64,000 nt of DNA from assembly GCA_035627515.1 (NCBI GenBank), contig DASPLQ010000012.1, positions 135,269 to 199,268 on the forward strand. The letters run 5' to 3'. Below, one piece after another: positions 9,393 through 19,731 of the stretch. This stretch comes from Vitreimonas sp. Lineage in GTDB: Bacteria > Patescibacteriota > Microgenomatia > UBA1400 > PJMF01. The stretch's first letter is position 1, and every line of letters starts with the position of its first letter. The notes under the pieces are model-generated. The model saw only the letters and a list, made by a program, of their open reading frames with translations. It was not told the DNA's origin and made no database searches. The position numbers and the translations under genes are program-made.

Positions 9393-10310
9393 ATGCCATT
9401 AGTTGAAGGTCTCCCCCTCTATCTGCTTGTTACTGGCGAAACTGGCGGCACTGGCGCCACTACCCTCAGTAAAAACTTAAGTTCTCTAGTTGAAGAAAAG
9501 CGTATTACCGCCGGAACTTTATACCGCGCCTTTGCTTATTTGTGGCACTATGAAGCACTCAATCTTGCCACGGAGGATATCTCACAAACCTGGCACCGTT
9601 TTTTAAATACCCTCACTACTCTCGATAGCGAGTATGGCTTGACGGGGATCTGGCACTACTTAGAAACCTCAGACTATCGCCCTATACATCAACCTCAAAA
9701 TGCTCAAATCCTTAATGCTTTCACTCAAACCTTAGAAAGATACAGCCCCACCAATTTAACAATCGATAACTTAACCGACCGAGATATGCTGCGCCAAGCT
9801 ACCGAACTTGCTTATAACAACCTCGGTTTTGTGCTTGATGCAAAGTTGGCAATTATTGCCGAGTATACAGAACAACTCAAGCCATACTACCCTGCGCTGT
9901 GTCTGCCTGCTATTAAAATGCTTCTCTACTCGAGCCCAGCTGTGGCTGATGGCCGCTCGAGTAAACGAGAAAACTCAGCTACAGTGGTTGAGAATGTTTT
10001 AACACGCCGAGATGCCGACTGGAGTCGATATAAAAACTACCGACATGAGAATGGCCAACCTCTACATTATTCAATGCTGAAAGAAGTTCCGGGAGTTATC
10101 AGAATGAACACTGATGAAACTACGGAGCGTACCACTGCTTACTTAGCGTTAGCCCGCATTTCTTCACGCTTGCAAAATATCCAACCCTCACTCTCACCTG
10201 AGTATCAACAAGCGATTAGTCGTGGCTTACCAGTGTTACGAGAAAAACTTAATGAGCTCTACTTCAAAGCCCAATCCGAAAACCCTCCTACGCTACATCC
10301 AGTAAGCTAA
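9393..10310 (+). CDS. Divergent cytidylate-kinase-like P-loop protein
   Basis: VTGETGGTGATTLS, ITAGTLYR, RRDADWSRYK and MNTD resemble (d)CMP kinase motifs; Walker A Lys is Ala. Confidence 0.55.
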   Translation: MPLVEGLPLYLLVTGETGGTGATTLSKNLSSLVEEKRITAGTLYRAFAYLWHYEALNLATEDISQTWHRFLNTLTTLDSEYGLTGIWHYLETSDYRPIHQPQNAQILNAFTQTLERYSPTNLTIDNLTDRDMLRQATELAYNNLGFVLDAKLAIIAEYTEQLKPYYPALCLPAIKMLLYSSPAVADGRSSKRENSATVVENVLTRRDADWSRYKNYRHENGQPLHYSMLKEVPGVIRMNTDETTERTTAYLALARISSRLQNIQPSLSPEYQQAISRGLPVLREKLNELYFKAQSENPPTLHPVS

Positions 10311-11151
10311 GTGCCCTTTCCAAATCCGCTGTCAACGGCGCGGTGAAACTAACCTGTTCCTGAGTACGAGGGTGCGTAAATTCTAATTGTTCAGCGTGCA
10401 AAAACTGGCGTGGGCACCACGTAGCATCCAAACCTTGGCGCTTTTTACCAGCGTACGTGCTATCACCTACCAGCGGATGCTGTAAGTGAGCCATATGGAC
10501 ACGAATCTGATGCGTCCGTCCCGTCTTAGGCCAACATTTCACCAGCGAAAAGCCTTGGTAAATTTGGCTTTTTTTGCGAATATTTTGGCCCTTGGCGGTG
10601 GGGAGCTCTAAGATTTTCTCGAGATTTAAATGCGGATAAAAAACCTGAACTTCGTACTCGGTGATTGCCGCTCTGCCTTCAGGTTGGACTGCAAACTGCA
10701 GGCGATTATGACTGGCTCTGCCGAGTGGGGCGGATACAACGCCTTTCTCCAGCTTGAACTTACCATGGGTCAAACACAGATACGTTTTACTCACCTGACG
10801 ATCTTTAAATTGGCGCAATAAATGTACCAGCGAACCGGGGTTTTTAGCCAGCAACAACACTCCGCTCGTATCTTTATCCAGGCGATGCACAATTCCCAAG
10901 CGTTCACGAAAAATAGTTTCAGGAGTCCCAAACTGGGCATCAAACTGAGCGGGAATTACCGCTAACCAAGCCTGAGAGTTAGCGATTATCTGCTCTATCC
11001 CAGCAGCTCCACCCAAATATTCCTCCATCCAATCCTGAACAGTCGGTTCAGTTACCGTTTGGGCGCGGTTGAGGACTAAACCTGGAGGTTTATTAATCAG
11101 CAACAGGTCATTGTCTTCAAACAGGATTGTGGGTTTAAGAACGTGTGTCAT
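10288..11151 (-). CDS. RluA/RluD family pseudouridine synthase
   Basis: INKPPGL, VHRLDKDTSG, TGRTHQIRVH, FLHA. Confidence 0.95.
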   Translation of the reverse strand: MTHVLKPTILFEDNDLLLINKPPGLVLNRAQTVTEPTVQDWMEEYLGGAAGIEQIIANSQAWLAVIPAQFDAQFGTPETIFRERLGIVHRLDKDTSGVLLLAKNPGSLVHLLRQFKDRQVSKTYLCLTHGKFKLEKGVVSAPLGRASHNRLQFAVQPEGRAAITEYEVQVFYPHLNLEKILELPTAKGQNIRKKSQIYQGFSLVKCWPKTGRTHQIRVHMAHLQHPLVGDSTYAGKKRQGLDATWCPRQFLHAEQLEFTHPRTQEQVSFTAPLTADLERALSLLDVA

Positions 11152-11557
11152 GTGGTGTACTCAGTAAAACTATCATTAGCCATATTACTCCTAGAGCAAT
11201 AGCGTAATCAGCTCCGTTATTATGCAGCGTGGTGAAAGGGACTGGCAACCAATCACGAACTCCAGCTGTGTGTATTCTATCAAGAAGATTAGAAACTCCC
11301 CCACCCAACAATAAACCCAGTGGCACGGGGTATTTGTGGATCCAAGAACGCAACCACCACCCTGTCAGCACCAGCACCCCGGTAATGACGATCATAATTA
11401 CTCCGGCGGAAAACTGAGTGCCTAACCCCCAGGAGATACCAGGATTGATGATGACTTCAATCTGCTGGCTCGCCCAATATTTACTCAGTTGGTCGAAAGT
11501 AATGACTACGACAACGACCAACAAAAAAAGGTTTCTCCCTCGAGTAAGTTGAGACAT
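11135..11557 (-). CDS. lspA: Lipoprotein signal peptidase II
   Basis: DQLSK, NPGISWG, GGVSNLLDR, VRDW, NGADYAI. Confidence 0.88.
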   Translation of the reverse strand: MSQLTRGRNLFLLVVVVVITFDQLSKYWASQQIEVIINPGISWGLGTQFSAGVIMIVITGVLVLTGWWLRSWIHKYPVPLGLLLGGGVSNLLDRIHTAGVRDWLPVPFTTLHNNGADYAIALGVIWLMIVLLSTPHDTRS

Positions 11558-11566
11558 AACGTGGTG

Positions 11567-12352
11567 TTACCGCCGAGCAAACAAGGTGCGACCTGACCGT
11601 CGATATAATAACCCACAGCCAAAAACTAAACTGGCTAAGGCTAATAGCGGCTCTAATCTAATCCCTACGAGCTGCCATTGACTGAGCATCAGCGGAGTCA
11701 TTAAGAGATGAAAAGCGCTTACAGCAATAATAAAAACACTGATTAAAAAGCCCGTCTGAGCCGTATTTTTGTTCCCTCGATACCAATTAAACGTCCGATA
11801 TCGATACTCGACTCGTGAAATGTACGTGAAAAGAGCAAAGTAGAAAACGCTTAAGTAAAGTTGTAAGGGGTGATGTTTCTCGACTAACCCAGGGAAAACC
11901 ACACCCCACGGCATGTCTGTGGGGGCACCATAGGCTGAGCCATCAAAAAACAAGCCCAAATAAAAAATACTCAAGCTTAGACTGACAGCTTGAATCCAAA
12001 AGTCTAAAATTTCAAACGTATCCCATTTGTTCAAATCCGCTAAACGGTATAAATAGAGCCCGGCACCGATTAATCCCAAACTCCAGCTAAAACCAGGGTG
12101 GTTACCGATATCAATCCATTTGATGACATCTAAACCAAAATAACTAAATTGGGTAATGATGAAGCCAATCCGCCCAACTAATAAGCCCAATAAAAAAGTT
12201 AACAAAAATGCATCCATCACCTCAAATTCGCTATAGTGCTCTTCCCGACCCTTGCGCCAAAAAATAAAAGCCCACATCAAGAAGGCCAGTACTAAAAAGA
12301 GGCTTAAGGTGCGCAACTCAAATCTACCGATACTCAACAAGACTGGAAACAT
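11567..12352 (-). CDS. lgt: Prolipoprotein diacylglyceryl transferase
   Basis: MFPVLLSIG, GAPTDMPWGVVF, HPLQLY; adjacent to lspA. Confidence 0.85.
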   Translation of the reverse strand: MFPVLLSIGRFELRTLSLFLVLAFLMWAFIFWRKGREEHYSEFEVMDAFLLTFLLGLLVGRIGFIITQFSYFGLDVIKWIDIGNHPGFSWSLGLIGAGLYLYRLADLNKWDTFEILDFWIQAVSLSLSIFYLGLFFDGSAYGAPTDMPWGVVFPGLVEKHHPLQLYLSVFYFALFTYISRVEYRYRTFNWYRGNKNTAQTGFLISVFIIAVSAFHLLMTPLMLSQWQLVGIRLEPLLALASLVFGCGLLYRRSGRTLFARR

Positions 12353-12407
12353 AGATATATATCATACAATTGATCAAGATAACTTCAAACAGGTACAATA
12401 CGTCGGT

Positions 12408-12854
12408 ATGTTATCTATCTCGCACGCTTTAACAGGCGCTTTTATTGCTAGTAAACTGACCCATCCCGCTCTCTACCTCCCGCTGACCTTGGCCGCACAT
12501 TACTTCGAGGACTGGGTTCCCCACTGGGATGTTGGCACAGGCTTGAGCACGGGTAAACGTAAAAAAAGTACGGCCATTATTCTAGAATTTGCTGAGTTAG
12601 GCGTCACCCTGGGACTATTAGCGCTGTTTTGCTATGACAAACCTCAGGAACTGTGGCTGCACATTGGGCTGGCCGCTTTTACAGGTTTAGTGCCAGATTT
12701 TTTGGAAGCACCACGCAATTTTTTGAAATGGGAGCCATTTTTCTTAAAACCGTTTAATGACTTCCATAATTTATTTCACCACTCCACTCCCAATATGATG
12801 TTGGGACTCTTGCCACAGGTGATTTTGGTGGTCGGGGTGTTTTTGTTGGGGTGA
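12408..12854 (+). CDS. Membrane protein, metal-dependent hydrolase-like (His-rich)
   Basis: Start moved to MLSISHALTG; HYFEDWVPHWD, PD, FHNLFHH motifs. Confidence 0.7.
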   Translation: MLSISHALTGAFIASKLTHPALYLPLTLAAHYFEDWVPHWDVGTGLSTGKRKKSTAIILEFAELGVTLGLLALFCYDKPQELWLHIGLAAFTGLVPDFLEAPRNFLKWEPFFLKPFNDFHNLFHHSTPNMMLGLLPQVILVVGVFLLG

Positions 12855-12886
12855 GGCCGGTTGGCCACACCTTCTTTCAATAAAAC

Positions 12887-12934
12887 GTCATTTAAAAGTT
12901 ACACTTTAAGGCTGAAGTGCCATCTTTAGATGAC
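12887..12934. repeat. 48-bp element with inverted ends, copy A
   Basis: GTCATTTAAAAGTTACAC-N19-CTTTAGATGAC; reverse-complement copy at 25191-25238. Confidence 0.75.
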
Positions 12935-12985
12935 AGATTGTGAAACCCACAACACCTTTTCCTCGCTCTCACTGATCCTCAACAA

Positions 12986-13175
12986 ATGAGCCAGTTTACT
13001 AAACAAGACATAGAAGCACTTAAAGCCATAGTGACACGTGTCGCTCATGATCTGTCTGAAAGCAGTGAAAACTACTTTGTGTTAGGCGTGTCAAATTTTC
13101 CGAAAAACGAATTCGCAACTATTTAAATAGTTTAATGTCACAAAATTTGCAGAAGCTCAGAAAACCAGCTGCCTA
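12986..13175 (+). pseudogene. Possible degraded gene remnant next to the tRNA-Leu 3' end
   Basis: MSQFTKQDIEALKAIVTRVAHDLSESSE.. stops early; a shifted frame reads ..SEKRIRNYLNSLMSQNLQKLRK. Confidence 0.3.
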
Positions 13176-13219
13176 AAACCTGGGGAAAAGATATAAGTAA
13201 CTTTAAAAAAGGTGAAAAC

Positions 13220-13306
13220 TGGTGGCGCGGGAGGGAATCGAACCCTCACGAGGTTGCCCTCATAGGTTTTTGAGACCTACGCGTCTACCGATTCCGCCAC
13301 CGCGCC
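13220..13306 (-). tRNA. tRNA-Leu(CAA)
   Basis: GGCGCGG acceptor stem, anticodon arm TAGGT-CTCAAAA-ACCTA, long variable arm, GGTTCGATTCC, encoded CCA. Confidence 0.97.
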
Positions 13307-13477
13307 GAGAAGTCTTACATTAAAAGAGATTGCTGTTGGTAGTAAAGACGCAGCAATTCCTGACGTGGTGATTATATACTACTTTTGGCCGGTCGTAAGC
13401 GGTGAAGTCGCTCTTTCTTATCTTTACGCACTCCCTCCACCTTGCTTTTGTTTCTAATTCTCAGTATCTTAAAATAT

Positions 13478-13717
13478 ATGGAGTTTTTTCGAGAAATTTT
13501 TTATGCTCTGTTTGCAGTAGATAGCATTTGGTCGGTCATTATGCGTGGAGTGATTTGGTTGTGCATTTCGCTAGTGATTATTGTCAGTTCCGACGCTCCC
13601 GATCCTGAAAGTTCATTGAAAAGCTTGAAGTCCAACTTGGGATTTTTCTTGATGTTTATTATCTTGTCTGGCGCCTTAGTCGGGATGTTATTTGGCTTCA
13701 CTCGCTCACCAGCCTAG
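13478..13717 (+). CDS. Small two-TM membrane protein
   Basis: ATG at 13478; two hydrophobic helices. Confidence 0.7.
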   Translation: MEFFREIFYALFAVDSIWSVIMRGVIWLCISLVIIVSSDAPDPESSLKSLKSNLGFFLMFIILSGALVGMLFGFTRSPA

Positions 13718-13760
13718 CTCTGACATTTACATCTTATTATTTCAAATTCAAAAATAAACC

Positions 13761-15071
13761 TTAGCGTCTGGTTTCCATACCATAGAACTTGATGCGTTCG
13801 CCGCGGAAGTAGAGATCAATGTCACCTAAAGCACCGTTACGGTGCTTGGCCACTTTCAAGCTGACTGACTCGCGAATATCGTCATCTTTGCGATACAAAA
13901 ATAGCACTACGTCTGCGTCTTGTTCGATAGAACCCGATTCGCGTAAATCAGATAATTGTGGCGTCTTCTCTCCCCGACTTTCTACAGCCCGAGATAACTG
14001 TGATAACGCCAAAACCGGCACTTTTAATTCCCGAGCGATATTCTTCAAGCCTTGGGAAATCTCTGCCACCTCTTGGACGCGATTATCTTTCGTCCGCCCA
14101 TGAGCCAACTGCAAATAATCGACAATAATAAAATCAATTTGGTGCTCAGTCATTAACCGCCGAGCTTTGGTGCGCATCTCAAAGATTGATAAGCCAGGGG
14201 TATCATCAATAAAAATCTGAGCATCTGCCAGCACTCCCATTGCATCGGACAACTTCAAAAAGTCCTGTTGATCGAGGCGACCAGTTTTGAGCCGCCAGGC
14301 ATCAATGTCAGCTTGGGCCACTAATAACCGATCTACTAACTCTTCACGACTCATTTCTAGAGAGAAATAACCAATTTTTTTCTTGGCGACTACCGAAACA
14401 TATTGGGCAATATTTAAGGAAAAGGCTGTCTTACCCATACCTGGTCGCGCAGCTAAAATAATTAAGTTAGATTTCTGCATGCCAGCTAAAAGGTTATCGA
14501 GATCAGCAAAACCCGTTGGGACACCACGCAGCTCACTCCCCGAGCGTTGTAACTCATCGAGCCGCTCAAAACTCTCTGCCAAGGTATCTTTGATCGGCGT
14601 AAAGGCCCGTTGAGAACTGCTTTGTGAAACTGCAAACACGCGTTGCTCCACAATGTCTAAAATATCCTGTGCCTCTTTACCCTCATCAAAGGCTAACTCA
14701 GACACCTCGCTGGAAAGCGTAATTAATGTCCGTTTCACAGCAGCTTCAGCCACGAGCTTGGCATAATCGACCACGTTGGCAGCGGTGGAAACCGCATTTG
14801 ATAACTGAGCAATCGTGGAGGCGCCGCCTGCGGCATCCAGTTTTTTCATTTTCTTGAGCTGATTACTCAAGGTGACTGCGTCGATAGGCTGGCGTTTTTC
14901 ATATAAGGCCTGCATGGCCTCGAACAGAACCTGGTGTTTAGGATCGTAAAAACTATCTGGCCGCACAATTTCAGCGATTTGAATATAGGCTTCAGGATCG
15001 ATCAAGATCGAGCCTAAGACTGACTCTTCAGCAGTCAGATCGTGCGGAGGAATTTTAGGCTGAGCGGCCAT
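13761..15071 (-). CDS. dnaB: Replicative DNA helicase
   Basis: AARPGMGKT, FSLEM, VDYLQL, LSQLSR, DLRESGSIEQDAD. Confidence 0.99.
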   Translation of the reverse strand: MAAQPKIPPHDLTAEESVLGSILIDPEAYIQIAEIVRPDSFYDPKHQVLFEAMQALYEKRQPIDAVTLSNQLKKMKKLDAAGGASTIAQLSNAVSTAANVVDYAKLVAEAAVKRTLITLSSEVSELAFDEGKEAQDILDIVEQRVFAVSQSSSQRAFTPIKDTLAESFERLDELQRSGSELRGVPTGFADLDNLLAGMQKSNLIILAARPGMGKTAFSLNIAQYVSVVAKKKIGYFSLEMSREELVDRLLVAQADIDAWRLKTGRLDQQDFLKLSDAMGVLADAQIFIDDTPGLSIFEMRTKARRLMTEHQIDFIIVDYLQLAHGRTKDNRVQEVAEISQGLKNIARELKVPVLALSQLSRAVESRGEKTPQLSDLRESGSIEQDADVVLFLYRKDDDIRESVSLKVAKHRNGALGDIDLYFRGERIKFYGMETRR

Positions 15072-15083
15072 ACGGTATTGCCT

Positions 15084-15740
15084 TTATGATTGTAAAACCA
15101 CTAACTCTGTTTCTTCTGGTAACTTGCCTTTATCAACACTCAATTTAGCCACCGGCGCCGGAGCTGCTCCATATTCAGTCAAAAAGTCCTGCAATGTCTT
15201 GAGGTCACTAAAGACTTTATCATCGTGCTGATCTGTTCGGTAATGCATGGGGATGGCATAACTTGGCTCAAGGATATTGATGGTCTTGACCGCTAGTACC
15301 GGGTCAATCGTAAAGTGACCACCTACCGGACACAACACCACGTCTACGTCACCAATTTCTGATAGTTGATCAGTGGTAAGCTCATGCCCTAGATCACCCA
15401 AATGACAAATGCGAATGCCATCAATCAGAATTGTGTAGACTGTATTAATCCCCCGCTCTACACCTTGATGAGCATCATGAAATGTTTTGACACCAAAGAC
15501 TGAAATTCCAGCCACTTCGTACTCACCTAATTCAGAAATAATAAAAGGCTTTTCTCGGCGGGCGGTAGCGGTAATTCTCCCCACTTCATTATGATCAGGG
15601 TGGGCGTGCGAAATCGTCACCACATCTGCTGCCACTTTCGGCATGCTAAACCCCACATATTCATTGTAAGGATCAGTGACGACCGTGCCCACTTTCCCCG
15701 CAATTTTGAAACTTGAATGACCGAGATACGTAATATCCAT
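15084..15740 (-). CDS. Metallo-beta-lactamase-fold hydrolase
   Basis: MDITYLGHS, SHAHPDHN, HLGDLG, IPMHY. Confidence 0.92.
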   Translation of the reverse strand: MDITYLGHSSFKIAGKVGTVVTDPYNEYVGFSMPKVAADVVTISHAHPDHNEVGRITATARREKPFIISELGEYEVAGISVFGVKTFHDAHQGVERGINTVYTILIDGIRICHLGDLGHELTTDQLSEIGDVDVVLCPVGGHFTIDPVLAVKTINILEPSYAIPMHYRTDQHDDKVFSDLKTLQDFLTEYGAAPAPVAKLSVDKGKLPEETELVVLQS

Positions 15741-15860
15741 AATGCTCCTCCGTGTGTCACAGGATACCAAATGATCCTCTCCGGAACAAGCACAGTCACT
15801 CTTGCAGAGGGTTTAGAGGTTCAAATTCAGAGATAACTGGCATATAATGAGTGTTCCGTT

Positions 15861-16406
15861 ATGAGAAAAGAATTGGTTATCGCCATCTTAATCGGCCTGT
15901 CTCTAGGGTTGTTTATTACCTACGGGGTATATACAGCTCGGACAGCCTTTAGAAAGCCAGCGCCTCATATTGCTGCTACTCCAAGCCCAGCCCCTTCCGG
16001 TGAACCAGTAGCCACTAATATAGCTTTGGTTTCCCCTCAAGACGAAAGCGTTCAAACTAAAAAAGAAGTAACCGTGACTGGCACGACCGTGGCTGACGCT
16101 TTTGTGGTGATTTTTGTCAATGACGCCGAAACTATTACTTCTGCTGACAGCTCTGGAAATTTCTCGGTGGAAACTGTTTTGGAACCAGGAAGCAACCTCA
16201 TCACTATTCAGGTCATCGATGAAGATGGACGCGTCAGTACTCATGAGCGTACTGTGGTCTATCTAACAGATGCCCTCACCCGCACTGACGGCAGCACAGC
16301 TGAAGCTACCCCCTCAGCTTCGAAAAAACCCAGTGCCACCGCCTCGCCCACTACTCGGCCTACTTCTAGTCCCAAAGTAACAGCTAGCCCCAGTCCTAAG
16401 CCCTAA
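15861..16406 (+). CDS. Membrane-anchored Ig-like domain protein with Pro/Ser/Thr-rich tail
   Basis: N-terminal TM; VTVTGTT..ADSSGNFS..LEPGSNLITI; SPxP repeats. Confidence 0.8.
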   Translation: MRKELVIAILIGLSLGLFITYGVYTARTAFRKPAPHIAATPSPAPSGEPVATNIALVSPQDESVQTKKEVTVTGTTVADAFVVIFVNDAETITSADSSGNFSVETVLEPGSNLITIQVIDEDGRVSTHERTVVYLTDALTRTDGSTAEATPSASKKPSATASPTTRPTSSPKVTASPSPKP

Positions 16407-16409
16407 CGT

Positions 16410-17138
16410 ATGTTAAAACTACATTCTTTACCACTCTTTTTTTTACTCCTGAGCTTGAATGTAACTGGGTTGGGAATGGTATCTGCCTTCACTCCTGCTC
16501 CCATTTGGGCCCAAACACCCTCGCCTGCAGCTGAATCCACCACTCAAAAACTTAAAGAACGTATTGAAAAAGTCGTTGAAGAAAAACGCGACCAAGTGAA
16601 AGGCGTTCTCGACGAAATCACCGGCAAAAAACGTGGCTTTATTGGGGAAGTCCAGCGCGTCTCAGCTGAATCAATTACCCTCAAAACTAACAAAGGTACG
16701 ACCATTCTCCCGCTGAGTGAGAGTATGAAATTATCCAAAAAAAATCGTGTCATCAAGTATGAAGATATCGCGATTGGTGACTGGGTAATTGTAATTGGTG
16801 GCAACGCTGATGATGACTTTGTCCCTGAACACATTATGGTCTCGGCTACTTCTCTTCGGCCTACGCCTAAAACCGTAATGGTCGGGAGCGTGGAAGCCAT
16901 CACCAAAACTGAGCTTACCGTCTCTCCCCGCTCCGGAGCAGAGTCACAAGATTTTACGCTCGCCAAAGGGACCGTTTATCAAGATTTAGAAGGCACGACC
17001 GCCGCGTTGAAAAACTTTACCACTGATATTCAAGTGTTAGTGATTGGCAAACAAACAACAAATGGTTGGGAAGCCGTAGTGGTCAAGTCATTAGCCCCCT
17101 TGAACACTCCTAGCCCTTCACCTAAAGCTAAACCATGA
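16410..17138 (+). CDS. Secreted protein with two OB-fold-like (DUF5666-like) repeats
   Basis: Signal peptide; two repeats of the form G.V..I....IT..DI..GD.V.V.G. Confidence 0.7.
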   Translation: MLKLHSLPLFFLLLSLNVTGLGMVSAFTPAPIWAQTPSPAAESTTQKLKERIEKVVEEKRDQVKGVLDEITGKKRGFIGEVQRVSAESITLKTNKGTTILPLSESMKLSKKNRVIKYEDIAIGDWVIVIGGNADDDFVPEHIMVSATSLRPTPKTVMVGSVEAITKTELTVSPRSGAESQDFTLAKGTVYQDLEGTTAALKNFTTDIQVLVIGKQTTNGWEAVVVKSLAPLNTPSPSPKAKP

Positions 17139-18193
17139 GAATTGACCAGCTTCAAAAAAATTTAAGTGCTCAAGAAGGCATTTTATTAGCCAATCCCAGC
17201 GATGTGAGTTACTTCACCGGTTTTGAGATCTTAGTTCCAGAAGAGCGAGAGGCTTTACTGCTGATAACTGCTGAGGCTAGCATCTTATTTCATGCTACTT
17301 TCTCACCTGTCCCCAATCAGCCAGGAGTGATAGCTTTATCAGGTTGCAGCCCGGAAAAGCTACTTGGTCATTTTCAAAATTACCCACCCCTCAAAGCGAT
17401 TCGTAAAATCTCGGTTGATACCACCAGCTTATTTGTAAATGAGTATCAAGCTCTCGAAAAAGCCGGCTTAGAACTCTCACCCTTTGACCGCAACCTTAGC
17501 TGGAGTATCCGAGCCATTAAAGATGCTCAAGAAATTGAGCTCCTCAAAAAAGCCGGTGAAATTGCCCAACAGACGTATCAGGCCGTCATCACTCAGCTCA
17601 AGCCTGGTATTACTGAAGAAACGGTCAAAGAATGGTTAGAACTTGAGCTGCGACGACGCGGTGCTCAACGCCCCGCCTTTCCCACCATTGTCTGTTTTGG
17701 TGCTCACGGTGCTCTACCTCATCACCAACCCACTTCACAGGCATTACAGCCTGAAACACCAGTCCTGATTGACTTTGGCGCCACCTACCAAGGCTACCGC
17801 TCCGATATGACACGAAGCTTTTGGTTTGGAACTCAGCCCTCTGCTGAATTTCAAAAAGTAGAAAAACTCGTCACCTCAGCATATGACGCCGCACTTGCCC
17901 TCATCAAAGATCGAAATGCTACCACGATAGTGACAGCCAGCCAACTCGACCAGGCTGCCCGGACACTCATTGACCAAGCCGGATATGGCAAGGCGTTTAT
18001 TCATACCACTGGGCATGGTGTCGGCTTAGACATCCATGAACAACCGTCGTTATATCAAACAAATACCACTCGTCTCCAGCCGGGAATGGTGATTACTATT
18101 GAACCGGGCATTTATTTGGTGGATAATTTTGGCTATCGCTACGAAAACACTGTTTTAATTACCGAAAAAAGCGCTCAAGAACTGACACTCTAA
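17135..18193 (+). CDS. Xaa-Pro aminopeptidase (M24)
   Basis: IDFGA, SDMTR, HTTGHGVGLDIHE, TIEPGIY, YEN. Confidence 0.95.
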   Translation: MRIDQLQKNLSAQEGILLANPSDVSYFTGFEILVPEEREALLLITAEASILFHATFSPVPNQPGVIALSGCSPEKLLGHFQNYPPLKAIRKISVDTTSLFVNEYQALEKAGLELSPFDRNLSWSIRAIKDAQEIELLKKAGEIAQQTYQAVITQLKPGITEETVKEWLELELRRRGAQRPAFPTIVCFGAHGALPHHQPTSQALQPETPVLIDFGATYQGYRSDMTRSFWFGTQPSAEFQKVEKLVTSAYDAALALIKDRNATTIVTASQLDQAARTLIDQAGYGKAFIHTTGHGVGLDIHEQPSLYQTNTTRLQPGMVITIEPGIYLVDNFGYRYENTVLITEKSAQELTL

Positions 18194-18196
18194 CGT

Positions 18197-18706
18197 ATGC
18201 TGACTCGCCTCCTCACTGCCCAAGATGGTGCCGAGTACCAACGGTTGCGCTTGCAATCTCTGGTGGCTGAGCCTGATAGCTTTCTGAGTGATATCAGCAG
18301 CGAAGAAGGTAAACATGAATCGAGCTTCGCCCTTGAGTTAGACTATGCTTACCACCCACCGTATTTTGGTTTTTTTGGGAGTTTTCAAGACGAGAAGCTA
18401 CTGGCATACTGCCAGGTCCAACGCTCCTTCACCGATAAGCAGATGCACATTGCTTTTCTTTATAACCTCTATGTTGATAAAGGCTATCGTGGTCAGGGAT
18501 ATGGCCGTGGTTTAATGAACCATGTTTTAGAGCTACTCAATTCACATGAACATATCGAGCGTATCTTTTTATCGTGTAACTCTAAAAATAAGTATGGTCT
18601 TCAGTTTTATAAAAAAATGGGTTTTCACCGCTGTGGGATTCGTCCCCGTAGCATCAAATGGCACGGCGTGTATGATGATGAAATCGAGATGGTGAAGGTG
18701 CTCTAA
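18197..18706 (+). CDS. GNAT acetyltransferase
   Basis: LYVDKGYRGQGYG, N..FYKKMGF. Confidence 0.93.
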   Translation: MLTRLLTAQDGAEYQRLRLQSLVAEPDSFLSDISSEEGKHESSFALELDYAYHPPYFGFFGSFQDEKLLAYCQVQRSFTDKQMHIAFLYNLYVDKGYRGQGYGRGLMNHVLELLNSHEHIERIFLSCNSKNKYGLQFYKKMGFHRCGIRPRSIKWHGVYDDEIEMVKVL

Positions 18707-18724
18707 GGAAGGTTGGGTAGATTG

Positions 18725-18795
18725 TGGACTCACGGGGAATTGAACCCCGAACCTACCCATGCGAAGGGTATGTTATACCGTTTAACTATGAGCCC
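18725..18795 (-). tRNA. tRNA-Ala(CGC), CCA not encoded
   Basis: GGGCTCA/TGAGTCC acceptor stem with G3:U70; anticodon arm TACCC-TTCGCAT-GGGTA; GGTTCAATTCC. Confidence 0.93.
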
Positions 18796-18867
18796 TTTTT
18801 GGCTCGATTATTGTATCTTAGATAGGCTAAATTTGCAGCGACCGGCCTTGATCAATGGTGTACACTA

Positions 18868-19185
18868 ATGGGTATGTTTAACCTTTCACACTCTCCCGCC
18901 GAAAAAAAACTCCTCCAAGCACTTTTGACGCTGAAAACGGAAGCTGAAGTTAAAGATTTTCTGGTTGATTTACTCACCCCAGCTGAGTTAGAAGAGTTTG
19001 TCAAACGCTTCCAAATGGCTACTCTATTGTGGACCACCAAAAAATCATACTTGGAAATAGCTCAGGAAGTAGATACCAGTACTACCACGGTCACGCGCGT
19101 GGCCCGTTTCTTATTTAAAGAACCTTTCCAAGGTTACATGACAGCGCTCAAACGGTTATATCCAAAAATCAAACCTGCGCGGTAA
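18868..19185 (+). CDS. TrpR-like YerC/YecD family regulator
   Basis: FLVDLLTPAE..R, SYLEIA..STTTVTRVARFL. Confidence 0.92.
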   Translation: MGMFNLSHSPAEKKLLQALLTLKTEAEVKDFLVDLLTPAELEEFVKRFQMATLLWTTKKSYLEIAQEVDTSTTTVTRVARFLFKEPFQGYMTALKRLYPKIKPAR

Positions 19186-19192
19186 TTTTACC

Positions 19193-19630
19193 TCAAGCTA
19201 ATTTAAGGTGAGTTTTAATGGTTGTGATCTCATGGTCATGTTCATCGAGTTTATCGCGGTGTTTGGTGAGTTGGTGCACAATCACCGTTTGCTCTTCACG
19301 AATTGCCTGTAATTCCCCCATCACATCGGCAAAACGACCAATGGTTTCGGATCGAAAAGCCCTCATTTCGGATTTAAAGCTTTCTGCATCTGATTTAACT
19401 TCACTTATTTCTGTTTTTAATTCAGTACATAATTCTTGCAACTCTTTTTTAGTGGCAAACGTAGCTTTATTGATCTTATTCTGTTCATCAAACATCCGCT
19501 GGACACCCGTCAGAATGGCTTCGCTCATTTCAGCGCCAAAAGCAGTAAAACGCTCATCCAGAATTTCCTTGAGACGTTGCTCAGTGACATACTTAGTACG
19601 GGCAGTGGAAGATGATTTCTTGGTGGTCAT
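19193..19630 (-). CDS. Coiled-coil hypothetical protein
   Basis: ATKKEL, heptad pattern, ends HDHEITTIKTHLKLA. Confidence 0.7.
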   Translation of the reverse strand: MTTKKSSSTARTKYVTEQRLKEILDERFTAFGAEMSEAILTGVQRMFDEQNKINKATFATKKELQELCTELKTEISEVKSDAESFKSEMRAFRSETIGRFADVMGELQAIREEQTVIVHQLTKHRDKLDEHDHEITTIKTHLKLA

Positions 19631-19731
19631 CTGTCTTATTATAGCTAGAATTCTTTACTCTAGCTTTACTATAAGTAAGAAAGATTGATCAACTTTTTTG
19701 GCTCCAATTTAAGTCAAGTAGCAGTTAACTA

